Source of the DNA: a virus
Lineage: Duplodnaviria; Caudoviricetes
Reading direction: 5' to 3' (one strand)
Length of the DNA stretch: 34,375 nucleotides
Virus record (IMG/VR): IMGVR_UViG_3300024254_000021
Span: 1 to 34,375 of that record
A program made the translations under genes and the position numbers. This document shows positions 6,834 to 14,571 of the stretch, in pieces. Position 1 is the first letter of the stretch; each line of letters starts with the position of its first letter. Under the pieces are notes generated by a model. That model saw only the letters and a program-made list of their open reading frames with translations, ran no database searches and was not told the origin of the DNA.

Positions 6834-7342
6834 CGAAATGGTTTTTTGACACAGAGTTTGCCGAAGATGGGCGCGTGATCGAGCTGATCAGCATCGCGCT
6901 GGTTGCCGATGATGGCCGAGAATACTACGCCGTTTCGAAGGAGTTCGATCCGGAGTGCTGCAACGATTGGGTGCGCGCGAATGTGCTTCCGTTGTTGCCG
7001 CCCCGTGATTTCGGCGCGTGGAAGACGCGGCTGGAAATCGCAACGGACATCCGCCAACTCGTGCTCGATGGTGGCAGCAAGCCCGAGTTTTGGGCGTACT
7101 TTGCCGACTACGATTGGGTCGTGCTCTGCCAGCTTTACGGGCGCATGGTCGATTTGCCTAAGGGCTTCCCATTCTGGTGCCGCGACCTGAAGCAACGCAT
7201 GGCCTCGCTCGGAATCGAAAAGGATCGGTTGCCTTCGCAGGCCGGTGCAGAGCATTCAGCGCTGGAAGATGCGCGATGGGTGCGCGCGGCATCGCTGTGG
7301 ATTGATGCGTATGGGGCAGCGGAAAAGCATCCGAACGCATGA
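6830..7342 (+). CDS. DEDD 3'-5' exo(ribo)nuclease, Rv2179c/RNase AS-like
   Basis: FFDTEF, ELISIALV, WVRANVLPLL, WAYFADYDWV and HSALEDARW. Confidence 0.88.
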   Translation: MTKWFFDTEFAEDGRVIELISIALVADDGREYYAVSKEFDPECCNDWVRANVLPLLPPRDFGAWKTRLEIATDIRQLVLDGGSKPEFWAYFADYDWVVLCQLYGRMVDLPKGFPFWCRDLKQRMASLGIEKDRLPSQAGAEHSALEDARWVRAASLWIDAYGAAEKHPNA

Positions 7343-7683
7343 CACTCCGCAAAAATCCCGCCGCGCTCGTGCGCCACAAGCACAACGAAGCCGCCGAAAA
7401 GCAGTGCAGCCGATGCCACCAATGGTTCGACCGCAAGCAGTTCTACCGTTCGTCGCGCGCGAAGGACGGCCTGCAATCGGCGTGCAAATCCTGCGACGAC
7501 GCACGCAGCGGCACGCGAATGGAAAGCAACGGCTCCCGCCCCGGCGCCGAAAAACCCTCGCGTAAAATCTGCTCGCTGTGCTGCAATCTGAGCTGGTGCG
7601 TCGATGGGCCAGAGTGCCGACGCTGCGGGCTGAAATTCGCGCCCGAGCCGAGGCCGGAGATGGTGTTGCGGAAGTTCGGGTAA
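7339..7683 (+). CDS. Double Zn-finger protein (114 aa)
   Basis: KQCSRC...FY...DGLQSACKSC and CSLC...CRRC. Confidence 0.7.
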   Translation: MTLRKNPAALVRHKHNEAAEKQCSRCHQWFDRKQFYRSSRAKDGLQSACKSCDDARSGTRMESNGSRPGAEKPSRKICSLCCNLSWCVDGPECRRCGLKFAPEPRPEMVLRKFG

Positions 7684-7703
7684 GCATGCTTAAGCATGCT
7701 TTT
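7682..7703. terminator. Perfect 20-bp palindrome, candidate terminator between convergent genes
   Basis: AAGCATGCTTAAGCATGCTT (7682-7701) followed by a short T run. Confidence 0.45.
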
Positions 7704-7743
7704 CGAATGTCAATTCCAAAATGACGCACCCGAGGCCTAAAAA

Positions 7744-8199
7744 TTAGATTTTGGACTTCGCCAATTTTCTGCCCGCCAGCATTGCCGCGTGCGCCCGGGC
7801 CACCAGCGCCTGAATCACGGCCGCTCGAGTCGTCCCGGGCCCCGCGTCGGTGCACAGCTCGCCGATGCGCGTGACGGTCTCCTGGTCGATTCTGAGATGC
7901 AGCTCGCGCTGGCCTCGAGCTCGGCGTTCGGACTCGGGTATGGTGGCGCCGGGCGGTCGCGGCGCCGGCACCATGATGGCCACCACGTCCAGCCCATCCT
8001 CGCTCAGCGGCGTGCCGTCGTCGTCGCACGCGCGGAAATAGCGCCGGTCGTCCCACACCGCGTCCAGCTCGTCTCCGAGCCGCGTCCGCACGCGCCGCAC
8101 ATCGCCCTCGGCCAGGGCCATGATCGCGCGCTCCTCACGCGACGGGCTCCCGCCGTCCTCGTAGCAGGCCAGCGGGAGCGAAATCCAGCGGGCGGTCAT
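7744..8199 (-). CDS. Protein with C-terminal ribbon-helix-helix-like domain (151 aa)
   Basis: ELHLRIDQETVTRIGELC...TRAAVIQALV; GGAGG upstream and ATGA overlap. Confidence 0.6.
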   Translation of the reverse strand: MTARWISLPLACYEDGGSPSREERAIMALAEGDVRRVRTRLGDELDAVWDDRRYFRACDDDGTPLSEDGLDVVAIMVPAPRPPGATIPESERRARGQRELHLRIDQETVTRIGELCTDAGPGTTRAAVIQALVARAHAAMLAGRKLAKSKI

Positions 8200-8408
8200 G
8201 GTAGCGCCGCCTCCACAGTGATCGAGCCCCAGGTTTTGGCGAGCAGCCCCCACGCGCGCAGCTCAGACGCCAGCGATTCGGCGGCGACCCACGGCCAGCA
8301 TGCGCTCAACTCGTCTGGTGTAGCCGTACGCCCGACGCGCGCGAAAGCTGCACGATGTGGCTCCGGACCATCGCAGCTAGTATTGACACAATTACGTACT
8401 CGGTGCAT
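8196..8408 (-). CDS. Hypothetical protein (start uncertain)
   Basis: Stop overlaps ATG 8199. Confidence 0.35.
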   Translation of the reverse strand: MHRVRNCVNTSCDGPEPHRAAFARVGRTATPDELSACWPWVAAESLASELRAWGLLAKTWGSITVEAALP

Positions 8409-8413
8409 ACGTA
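8383..8413 (+). promoter_or_regulatory. Candidate promoter and operator
   Basis: Consensus TTGACA at 8383-8388; TACGTA palindrome twice (8393-8398, 8408-8413). The -10 element is unclear. Confidence 0.45.
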
Positions 8414-8629
8414 GTGACCCAAATGCGCCCCAGAAAACACCCCGAACGGTTCGATCTGCTGCTCAAACCCGAGGACGCCGTGACCGTGCGGCTGCTGTCC
8501 GAGGCGATGGGCATCTCATTCACCGAGCTCATTCGCCGCGGAGTGGCAATGGTCCGTGCCGATTGGGTGCGGCAGCAGAGCGAGCGGAAACAGAGCGGCA
8601 GGAAGCGAGCGCAGGGCGGCGCGCGGTGA
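8414..8629 (+). CDS. RHH/CopG-like DNA-binding protein
   Basis: RFDLLLKPEDAVTVRLLSEAMGISFTELIRRGV; start at 8414 or 8423. Confidence 0.65.
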   Translation: MTQMRPRKHPERFDLLLKPEDAVTVRLLSEAMGISFTELIRRGVAMVRADWVRQQSERKQSGRKRAQGGAR

Positions 8630-9336
8630 GCGGGCTCAAGCCATTTTGGCGCTACTACGGGGGTAAGTGGCGCGCGGCTCCTCGCTATCCTGCGCCGGCA
8701 TACGACACAATCGTGGAGCCGTTCGCCGGAGCGGCGGGCTACAGCTTGCGCTATCCCGAGCGTCAGGTCGTGCTCGTCGAAAAATACCCGACGATTTGCG
8801 AGATGTGGCGCTACCTGATTGGCGCGAAGGCGTCAGAGGTGCGGCGGATTCCGGAGGTGGATGACGTTGATGATCTGCCCCCGTGGGTGCCACAGGGAGC
8901 CCGCTGGCTCGTCGGATTCAGCATGAACAGCGCGTGCTCAACTCCGCGCAGAACGCTCTCTGCGGGGCGCAGGCAGCTGCGCGCACTGCATCGACAATTC
9001 GAGGGGTGGACACCCGCCTTGCGCGAACGGGTGGCCTCGCAGGTCGATCACATTCGACATTGGCGGGTAATCGAGGGCGACTACTCGCTCGCTCCCGACA
9101 TGCCCGCCACGTGGTTTGTGGATCCTCCGTACAACAACAAAGCGGGCAGTTACTACGTACATTCTAGGCTAAATTATCAGGAATTGGCAGCGTGGTGCCA
9201 CGCGCGGCGCGGTCAGATTTTGGTCTGCGAAAACGAGGGTGCATCCTGGCTTCCGTTTGAGCCATTTGCCACTTTCCAGCCTAGCGTGAACGGGAGCGGC
9301 TCGAGGGAAATGCTATGGAAAGCGAGCGCACCTTGA
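8626..9336 (+). CDS. DNA N6-adenine methyltransferase, Dam/D12-like (236 aa)
   Basis: PFWRYYGGKW, VEPFAGAAG and FVDPPY; GTGA overlap gives the start. Confidence 0.88.
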   Translation: MSGLKPFWRYYGGKWRAAPRYPAPAYDTIVEPFAGAAGYSLRYPERQVVLVEKYPTICEMWRYLIGAKASEVRRIPEVDDVDDLPPWVPQGARWLVGFSMNSACSTPRRTLSAGRRQLRALHRQFEGWTPALRERVASQVDHIRHWRVIEGDYSLAPDMPATWFVDPPYNNKAGSYYVHSRLNYQELAAWCHARRGQILVCENEGASWLPFEPFATFQPSVNGSGSREMLWKASAP

Positions 9337-9593
9337 CGGACGAATTCCCCTGGCGCGTGCTCGACGCAGCCGGCCAAACCTGCGGCGAGCGGCGCACTGA
9401 GGCGGATGCTCGATCTCTCGCGCGGCGGCTCCAGGCGACTACGCCAGCGGCGGGGCCGTATGAGATTTGGGAGATTTACGCGGGTCCGTCCACAACAGGT
9501 GCCGCGCTACATGCGGACGGTTGGCAGTGCAGTTTCGACGAATCAGGCGTGAAATCATGGATTAGGCTCGCGGTGCCGGGGGCGAGGGCGTGA
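9333..9593 (+). CDS. Hypothetical protein (86 aa)
   Basis: TTGA and GTGA overlaps. Confidence 0.55.
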   Translation: MTDEFPWRVLDAAGQTCGERRTEADARSLARRLQATTPAAGPYEIWEIYAGPSTTGAALHADGWQCSFDESGVKSWIRLAVPGARA

Positions 9594-9814
9594 GATTCGA
9601 TCCAATCCGGGAGCAGCTCATGCGGCAAATCAGGACGCTGGGCTACATTCGGCGCGCACATCTGCCTGACGATTGGTCCGACATCGCAGATTACACCGAC
9701 CAGGATTATCAGGCCACGCTGGCCAGGCGGCGAATTGCAATGCGGCGCAAAGCGAACGGACAAGGCTCGCTGGGAATTGCCGAGAATTCAGCGCGACGCC
9801 GGGTGCGCGCATGA
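9590..9814 (+). CDS. Hypothetical protein (74 aa)
   Basis: Coupled at both ends. Confidence 0.55.
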   Translation: MRFDPIREQLMRQIRTLGYIRRAHLPDDWSDIADYTDQDYQATLARRRIAMRRKANGQGSLGIAENSARRRVRA

Positions 9815-11103
9815 CCGACCCGATCGACATCGACTCGGCCAGGAAGAAAAAGGCCAAGCGACCGGCTCACAAAATCCCGCCCACAGATTGGGGTCTCGAG
9901 CTCCGCTGCGACCAGGACGGCCGCATCACACCGGACGTGGGCAACGCGGCGATCATCCTCGCCAACCACGATGCCTGGGCCGGCTCGCTGACCTACGATG
10001 ATTTTTCCGACCGCATCTATTGGTCAGCTCGGGTGCCAGAGATGGCAGGACTCGAGCGGCCGCTCCCCGGGCAGGAGGTCGCAGACCACCACGCGACCTA
10101 CGTGCACCATTGGTTCGCACGGCACAAGGGGATCACGCTGAAAAAAGGCACAGTCCAGGACGCAATCGTGTCCGCCGCGCGCATGCGCACCGTGCACCCA
10201 TTGCGCGAATACCTGGCCGGGCTGACCTGGGATGGCAAAAAACGGCTCGGCATGTGGCTCACTGCCTACCTCGGCACACCGATGTCGCGGTATTCGGTCG
10301 CTGTAGGACAATGGTGGATGGTGTCGGCCATCGCCCGCGTCATGCGCCCTGGATGCCAGGCCGACCACATGCTCGTACTCGAGGGCGCGCAGGGGCTAGG
10401 CAAATCCTCTGCGCTCCGAATCCTCGCCGGCGATTGGTACCTCCCGTCGCTCCCAGATATCAAAAATCCCGCCGCTGGCCACATGCTCCAGGGCAATTGG
10501 ATCGCCGAGGTGGGCGAGCTCGACGCGCTCCGCCGGCAGGAGCTGACCACCGTCAAGGATTTCGTGACGCGCACCGTGGACAAGTACCGCCCGCCGTACG
10601 GTCGCTTTCAGGTCTCGCGGCCCCGCCAGCTCGTTTTCGCGGCGACGACGAACGAGGAGGCCTACCTGCACGACGCGAGCGGTGGGAGGCGATTCTGGCC
10701 CGTCGTGACCCACAAACTCGACCGCGCGGCACTCATCGCAGACCGAGACCAGCTCTGGGCCGAAGCGCGCGTCCTATTTGAGGCCAGTGCGCAATGGTGG
10801 CCGAGCGATGAAATGCAGCCTGAGGTCAGGGAGGAGCAGGCGTCCCGGCATGCCAGCGACGATTGGGAGGGCAAAATCGCGCAATGGGTCGTGGCTGGCG
10901 ATCGGCAGGGGTTCACGGTCGGCGATGTGCTGGCCGGTGCTCTCATGCTCGATGCGGCAAAATGGTCCAGAGCAGAGCAAACACGGGTCGGAGTCTGCCT
11001 GCGAATCCTCGGCTATCCATGGCGTCGTGCCCGCAATTTCGGGCGCATTGAAAAACGCTACTATCCGATTCAGGGCCAGCCGTGTCTACCTGCCATCGAG
11101 TAA
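9811..11103 (+). CDS. VapE/virulence-associated-E family P-loop ATPase, probable replicative helicase (430 aa)
   Basis: HPLREYLAGLTWDG, Walker A GAQGLGKSS, WIAEVGEL, YRPPYGR and TTNEEAYLHDASGGRRFWPV. Confidence 0.9.
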   Translation: MTDPIDIDSARKKKAKRPAHKIPPTDWGLELRCDQDGRITPDVGNAAIILANHDAWAGSLTYDDFSDRIYWSARVPEMAGLERPLPGQEVADHHATYVHHWFARHKGITLKKGTVQDAIVSAARMRTVHPLREYLAGLTWDGKKRLGMWLTAYLGTPMSRYSVAVGQWWMVSAIARVMRPGCQADHMLVLEGAQGLGKSSALRILAGDWYLPSLPDIKNPAAGHMLQGNWIAEVGELDALRRQELTTVKDFVTRTVDKYRPPYGRFQVSRPRQLVFAATTNEEAYLHDASGGRRFWPVVTHKLDRAALIADRDQLWAEARVLFEASAQWWPSDEMQPEVREEQASRHASDDWEGKIAQWVVAGDRQGFTVGDVLAGALMLDAAKWSRAEQTRVGVCLRILGYPWRRARNFGRIEKRYYPIQGQPCLPAIE

Positions 11104-11400
11104 GTATGCACGGGTTATGTGTGCGAAATGTAAGCAGGAAAATGGTCACTGTGTCGACCGTGCGCACCGAAAACATGATCCGACAAACCCCACTACAAAC
11201 AACGTCTTGACCCTTACCCTAGTTAACACAAGTCTACACAGTAAGTAATGTAATGGTAATGATTAGAGAAAACCTGTGCACACCTGGATATTTTGGCGGT
11301 GTGCACAGGTGTACTCGGTCTACACAGATTGGAGCGTTGCACGTGAAACAGAGGTCCAATCCCGATCCGCAAAAATCTTCGCGCGCGCGCGCATAGCACG
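11104..11400. promoter_or_regulatory. AT-rich non-coding region, candidate replication origin
   Basis: 13-bp inverted repeat ACCTGTGCACACC (11272-11284 and 11298-11310); direct repeat GTCTACACAG (11232-11241, 11318-11327); repeated GTAATG. Confidence 0.45.
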
Positions 11401-11404
11401 TCAC

Positions 11405-11734
11405 ATGCCGCTAAGTTTGCGAGAAATATCAGAGCTTTCCGACCCGGATGCTCGTGATTCTGCCGAGCTCGACCGCATTGAGTGGCTGGTCGGCAAGGCC
11501 ATGAATCGCCAGAAGCACCTGCACGGTGTCGCTGTCGCCGATCCTGATTCGTGGGGCGCCAGCAAGCTCGAACTGATTGGGCACGGACTGATCGAGCGCA
11601 AGGCTGCGCGGCTCGGCCACACCAACAGCACGAAACTAGAGCGGCTCGTGTCTGAGCTGCGCGGTGTGCTCAGGGCGTACGACGAGTTGCCGCTGGACGA
11701 GTGGCTGGAGCTCCGCGCGCGCTACACGCGGTGA
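11405..11734 (+). CDS. Hypothetical protein (109 aa)
   Basis: ORF with helical, protein-like composition from ATG 11405. Confidence 0.6.
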   Translation: MPLSLREISELSDPDARDSAELDRIEWLVGKAMNRQKHLHGVAVADPDSWGASKLELIGHGLIERKAARLGHTNSTKLERLVSELRGVLRAYDELPLDEWLELRARYTR

Positions 11735-11936
11735 TCGGCGGCACGCCCAACCGCCGCTCAAACTCGCGCGCCACCCAATGCTCCGACCTACCCGAGCGGA
11801 TTGACTCGGCCCAGAGCGCTCGTATTAGCTGCTCCTTCGCGGCGGCGAGTCTGACCAGCCAGAGGATGTCGGGCTCGCTTGGCGCCGCAGTCCGCCCAGG
11901 CCGCTCTCTGCCGTGCCGACGCGGTAGGCCAGCCAT
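11670..11936 (-). CDS. Hypothetical protein (88 aa)
   Basis: TGATG coupling to the upstream gene; 3' end overlaps the convergent gene. Confidence 0.45.
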   Translation of the reverse strand: MAGLPRRHGRERPGRTAAPSEPDILWLVRLAAAKEQLIRALWAESIRSGRSEHWVAREFERRLGVPPITACSARGAPATRPAATRRTP

Positions 11937-12103
11937 CACAGCAGCCCGCGCTGGATTAGCTCGACCGTGAGGCGCCTGAGCAGGCTGGCGTCGGGGTGCG
12001 GCGCGCGCGGGGCGAGCACGCTGGCCAGGTTGCGTCGGGCGTGTAGGTAGCGCCACAGCCGGAGCAGATAGGCCGAATCGGCGAGTGCGATGTCGCGCAG
12101 CAT
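11936..12103 (-). CDS. Hypothetical protein (55 aa) MLRDIALADSAYLLRLWRY...
   Basis: TGACCATG junction upstream and TGATG downstream. Confidence 0.5.
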   Translation of the reverse strand: MLRDIALADSAYLLRLWRYLHARRNLASVLAPRAPHPDASLLRRLTVELIQRGLL

Positions 12104-12105
12104 GG

Positions 12106-12228
12106 TCAGCCGTACGCCAAGAGCAGGGCCATCCGACGAGCCAGCAGGCGGCGAATCTGCCGACCCATGTTGCCGGCTGCGCGCAGAGTGGCGATTTCGG
12201 AATCGATGCGGGCGATTGCGTTGTGCAT
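12106..12228 (-). CDS. 40-aa peptide MHNAIARIDSEIATLRAAGNMGRQIRRLLARRMALLLAYG
   Basis: Hand-translated; lies directly behind a promoter-like TTGCAT-N16-TATGCT-N7-ATG. Confidence 0.55.
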   Translation of the reverse strand: MHNAIARIDSEIATLRAAGNMGRQIRRLLARRMALLLAYG

Positions 12229-12235
12229 GCCAGAC

Positions 12236-12263
12236 AGCATAGGACATATGCGAACACATGCAA
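12236..12263 (-). promoter_or_regulatory. Leftward promoter predicting a leaderless mRNA
   Basis: TTGCAT (12263-12258), 16-nt spacer, TATGCT (12241-12236). Confidence 0.5.
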
Positions 12264-12406
12264 GGCATATTATGAGAATCGGCCGGCTGATTTAACCAAT
12301 GCCGGGCGCCACCCCTACGGGGGTCGATCACCACGTACCCTGCGGTTTGCCCGAGAGGTGAGGTCGTTTTGGGGACCCATCCCGTCGCCGCATAAAAATC
12401 CAGGCC

Positions 12407-13075
12407 CTATCTCCCCACCCTCAACCGATCCAAAAACTCCCGCTCCCAATCATCGAATGGAATCGGATTCGGCAGTTCGAAGAAGCGCGAGTTCGCCCGG
12501 TTCGTGACGTTCTTTTCGTGGCAAAGCCAGGCGTGCATGGGTTCACCGAGGGTGACGTAGCTCGGCCTGGTTTTTAGCCAGCGCTCGTGCCATTCGGTGT
12601 CCTCGGCGGTGATGCGCGTCGGATCGAAATTTTGCGGCACGGAATTTTTCCGGTAGACGCCCGAGTTGAAGATGATCGGCTCGTAGGTCGATTCGTAGAG
12701 CGCGGCTTGGCCTGATACGGTGGAGTACATGTAGGCGTGGCGGGTGCCAACGGCGTCGGATCCGCCGCTCAGGCTCCGGACCTTTTGCAGTTTCTCTGGG
12801 CTCTGCCAATCGTCGTCGTCGAACCATGTGATGAAGTTCCCGCGGGCGGCGCTGAGCGCGACTTCACGCTTCCACGAAATGCCGGGCTGACCTGGAACGT
12901 GAAGCACTCTCGCAACGTCGCTTTGCCATGGCTCGCGGCTGCTATCCAAAATCACCAGCTCGAATTCCTGCTCGAAGCTGCGCTGGATATTCACCGGGCT
13001 TTGCTTCAGGAATTGATGCTCAACCCACGGCATGAATTCGTGCCGCTCGTGCGTGACGCAGAGGCAGGAAATCAC
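12407..13075 (-). CDS. Glycosyltransferase family 2 (GT-A fold, 222 aa)
   Basis: ISCLCVT, ELVILDSS, KREVALSAARGNFITWFDDDDW and AEDTEW; GTGA overlap defines the start. Confidence 0.88.
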   Translation of the reverse strand: MISCLCVTHERHEFMPWVEHQFLKQSPVNIQRSFEQEFELVILDSSREPWQSDVARVLHVPGQPGISWKREVALSAARGNFITWFDDDDWQSPEKLQKVRSLSGGSDAVGTRHAYMYSTVSGQAALYESTYEPIIFNSGVYRKNSVPQNFDPTRITAEDTEWHERWLKTRPSYVTLGEPMHAWLCHEKNVTNRANSRFFELPNPIPFDDWEREFLDRLRVGR

Positions 13076-13350
13076 CAGCAGTTCCATCCACCGTCGGCGG
13101 CGCATTCGCAGTTTTGCACCGGCGGGGCCGCGTTCGGATTGTAGGGGTCCAAGTACTGCGGTGTCGGCCAAGTGCATACCGCGTAGAGGTCTTTACACTG
13201 GCGCGGCAGGTAGTACGGCGATGACGGGCAGACGATGGGCGCCGGTTTTCCGAGCGCGTCCATGCTGGCACCGGCATCGGATGGGAGCGAGCTGGAGAAG
13301 TCCGACCCGCACCCGAACAGCCAAAGCGCGATGATGAACAGCGCCTTCAT
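13072..13350 (-). CDS. Cys-rich lipoprotein (92 aa)
   Basis: Signal peptide with lipobox LFG-C, a Ser/DAG linker and a six-Cys C-terminal domain. Confidence 0.75.
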   Translation of the reverse strand: MKALFIIALWLFGCGSDFSSSLPSDAGASMDALGKPAPIVCPSSPYYLPRQCKDLYAVCTWPTPQYLDPYNPNAAPPVQNCECAADGGWNCW

Positions 13351-13541
13351 TGCAAGCTCACGATCGGCTTGTTCTGGTCGGCCGAATCCAAGTATCGTTC
13401 GTGCGCTTCGAGCCGCGCCGCGAGCACGGCCTGGATCGGGAGCTGCTCAACCGGGCATTGCTGCTTGGCGGCTGCGTTCATGAGCAGGTGTTGCCAGATG
13501 GTGTGAATCTGCTCACTCGGCTTCTGCACCGGGGCTTTCAT
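13347..13541 (-). CDS. Hypothetical protein (64 aa)
   Basis: ATGA overlaps at both ends. Confidence 0.6.
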   Translation of the reverse strand: MKAPVQKPSEQIHTIWQHLLMNAAAKQQCPVEQLPIQAVLAARLEAHERYLDSADQNKPIVSLQ

Positions 13542-13765
13542 TTGTGGCCTTTCTGGGTTTCCGCCGCCGCGCCGCCGCCAACATTTTCGAGTTCGCGCAC
13601 GGCGCGGTTGAAGTGGCTGAGCTGCACTGGCTCTCGCCGCGCGATGATCCTGCGTACATGCGCCGACCTTGTGAGCCCCTCTTGCCGAGCCTCGGCGTCG
13701 AGTTCCGCCATGAGCGCGACCGGGACGACCAGCGTCATCACTGCTTTCACGTCTGTATCCGCCAT
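13538..13765 (-). CDS. CopG/RHH DNA-binding protein (75 aa)
   Basis: MTLVVPVALMAELDAEARQEGLTRSAHVRRII. Confidence 0.75.
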   Translation of the reverse strand: MADTDVKAVMTLVVPVALMAELDAEARQEGLTRSAHVRRIIARREPVQLSHFNRAVRELENVGGGAAAETQKGHK

Positions 13766-13771
13766 CACCAG

Positions 13772-13863
13772 AGCATGATGTTTGCGCCGCACATAGTCAA
13801 CAGTGAATTACATATATCTTGATGTGCCAAGTGTGCCATGACACATTCTGCGCCAGTGGCACA
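13772..13863. promoter_or_regulatory. Divergent promoters with TGTGCCA repeats
   Basis: Minus: TTGACT-N17-CATGCT-N6-ATG. Plus: TTGATG-N17-CACATT-N8-GTG. TGTGCCA at 13823 and 13832, inverted TGGCACA at 13857. Confidence 0.5.
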
Positions 13864-14146
13864 ATCGCGCGGTGAGTTCGTCCTGCTCGAGCTGGAAGAG
13901 AAAGCTCTGAAGGCCATCAATCGCGCGTGGGATGAGTACGACGCGGAGCCGACGCCTGGCGTCCCCGTGAGGCTGCTCGAGCAATTGGCCGGCGTGCACA
14001 AGATGGTGATGCAGCGCATGAATGCGAAGTATGGCCTGGACAAGAGCGCGCCGGACCTGAAGCAAGTGCTCGCGGCACTGGCCAAAGAGTCGGAGCTGGT
14101 GACCGAGATGATCGCGCAGCGCGAGCGCGAGGGGGCGCTTCAGTGA
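13838..14146 (+). CDS. Hypothetical helical protein, possible terminase small subunit
   Basis: Position upstream of the large terminase only; start may be GTG 13856. Confidence 0.5.
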   Translation: MTHSAPVAQSRGEFVLLELEEKALKAINRAWDEYDAEPTPGVPVRLLEQLAGVHKMVMQRMNAKYGLDKSAPDLKQVLAALAKESELVTEMIAQREREGALQ

Positions 14147-14421
14147 TGGCCAAGGGTAGCCCGTACTCGAAGGCGGCCGTCGCCGAAAAGCTGGCACAGA
14201 CTGGCGCAAGTGAGCCGCCGGTGCTGCCGGTGCGTTCCGTGCCGATGCTCGACCGTGTGAAGTTCGCGGACATCGGTCGACTTGGCAGTGACCTGAAGCC
14301 GCTCCGTGAAGTGAGCGCGAAGCAGGCACTGCTGACCGAGGACGATCGCGATCGTGGGATTTGGATTGACGGCGTGATTCTCGTGCCTTGGTCGAACATT
14401 CGCTGGGTCGAGTACCGGTAA
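14146..14421 (+). CDS. Hypothetical protein (91 aa)
   Basis: TGATG coupling; ends in VILVPWSNIRWVEY. Confidence 0.65.
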   Translation: MAKGSPYSKAAVAEKLAQTGASEPPVLPVRSVPMLDRVKFADIGRLGSDLKPLREVSAKQALLTEDDRDRGIWIDGVILVPWSNIRWVEYR

Positions 14422-14433
14422 CGGAGTGAAGCT

Positions 14434-14571
14434 ATGCCATTGAAGTCAGGAAAATCGAAGGCGGCATTTAGCTCGAACGTGCGCGCCGAAGTTCAAGCGG
14501 GCAAGCCGGTGAAGCAAGCCGTCGCAATCGCGTACGCCAAGAAGCGGGAAAAGAAGACGCGCGTTCGATGA
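14434..14571 (+). CDS. Small basic phage protein MPLKSGKSKAAFSSNVRAEVQAGKPVKQAVAIAYAKKREKKTRVR (45 aa)
   Basis: GGAG SD; the MPLKxGKS...GKPxKQAVAIAY pattern is common in phage packaging and head regions; ATGA overlap with terminase. Missing from the ORF track. Confidence 0.8.
   Translation: MPLKSGKSKAAFSSNVRAEVQAGKPVKQAVAIAYAKKREKKTRVR

Noticed and set aside
7789-8625. Long N-terminal extension of the methylase (515-aa ORF in the track)
   Set aside because: It overlaps more credible genes on both strands; methylase motifs begin right after GTG 8626, which overlaps the upstream stop.
8626-9336. Restriction-modification system
   Set aside because: No adjacent restriction endonuclease; orphan methylases are routine in phages.
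11380-11392. Alternating (CG)n run as a Z-DNA element
   Set aside because: Only 13 nt in a GC-rich genome, with no other support.
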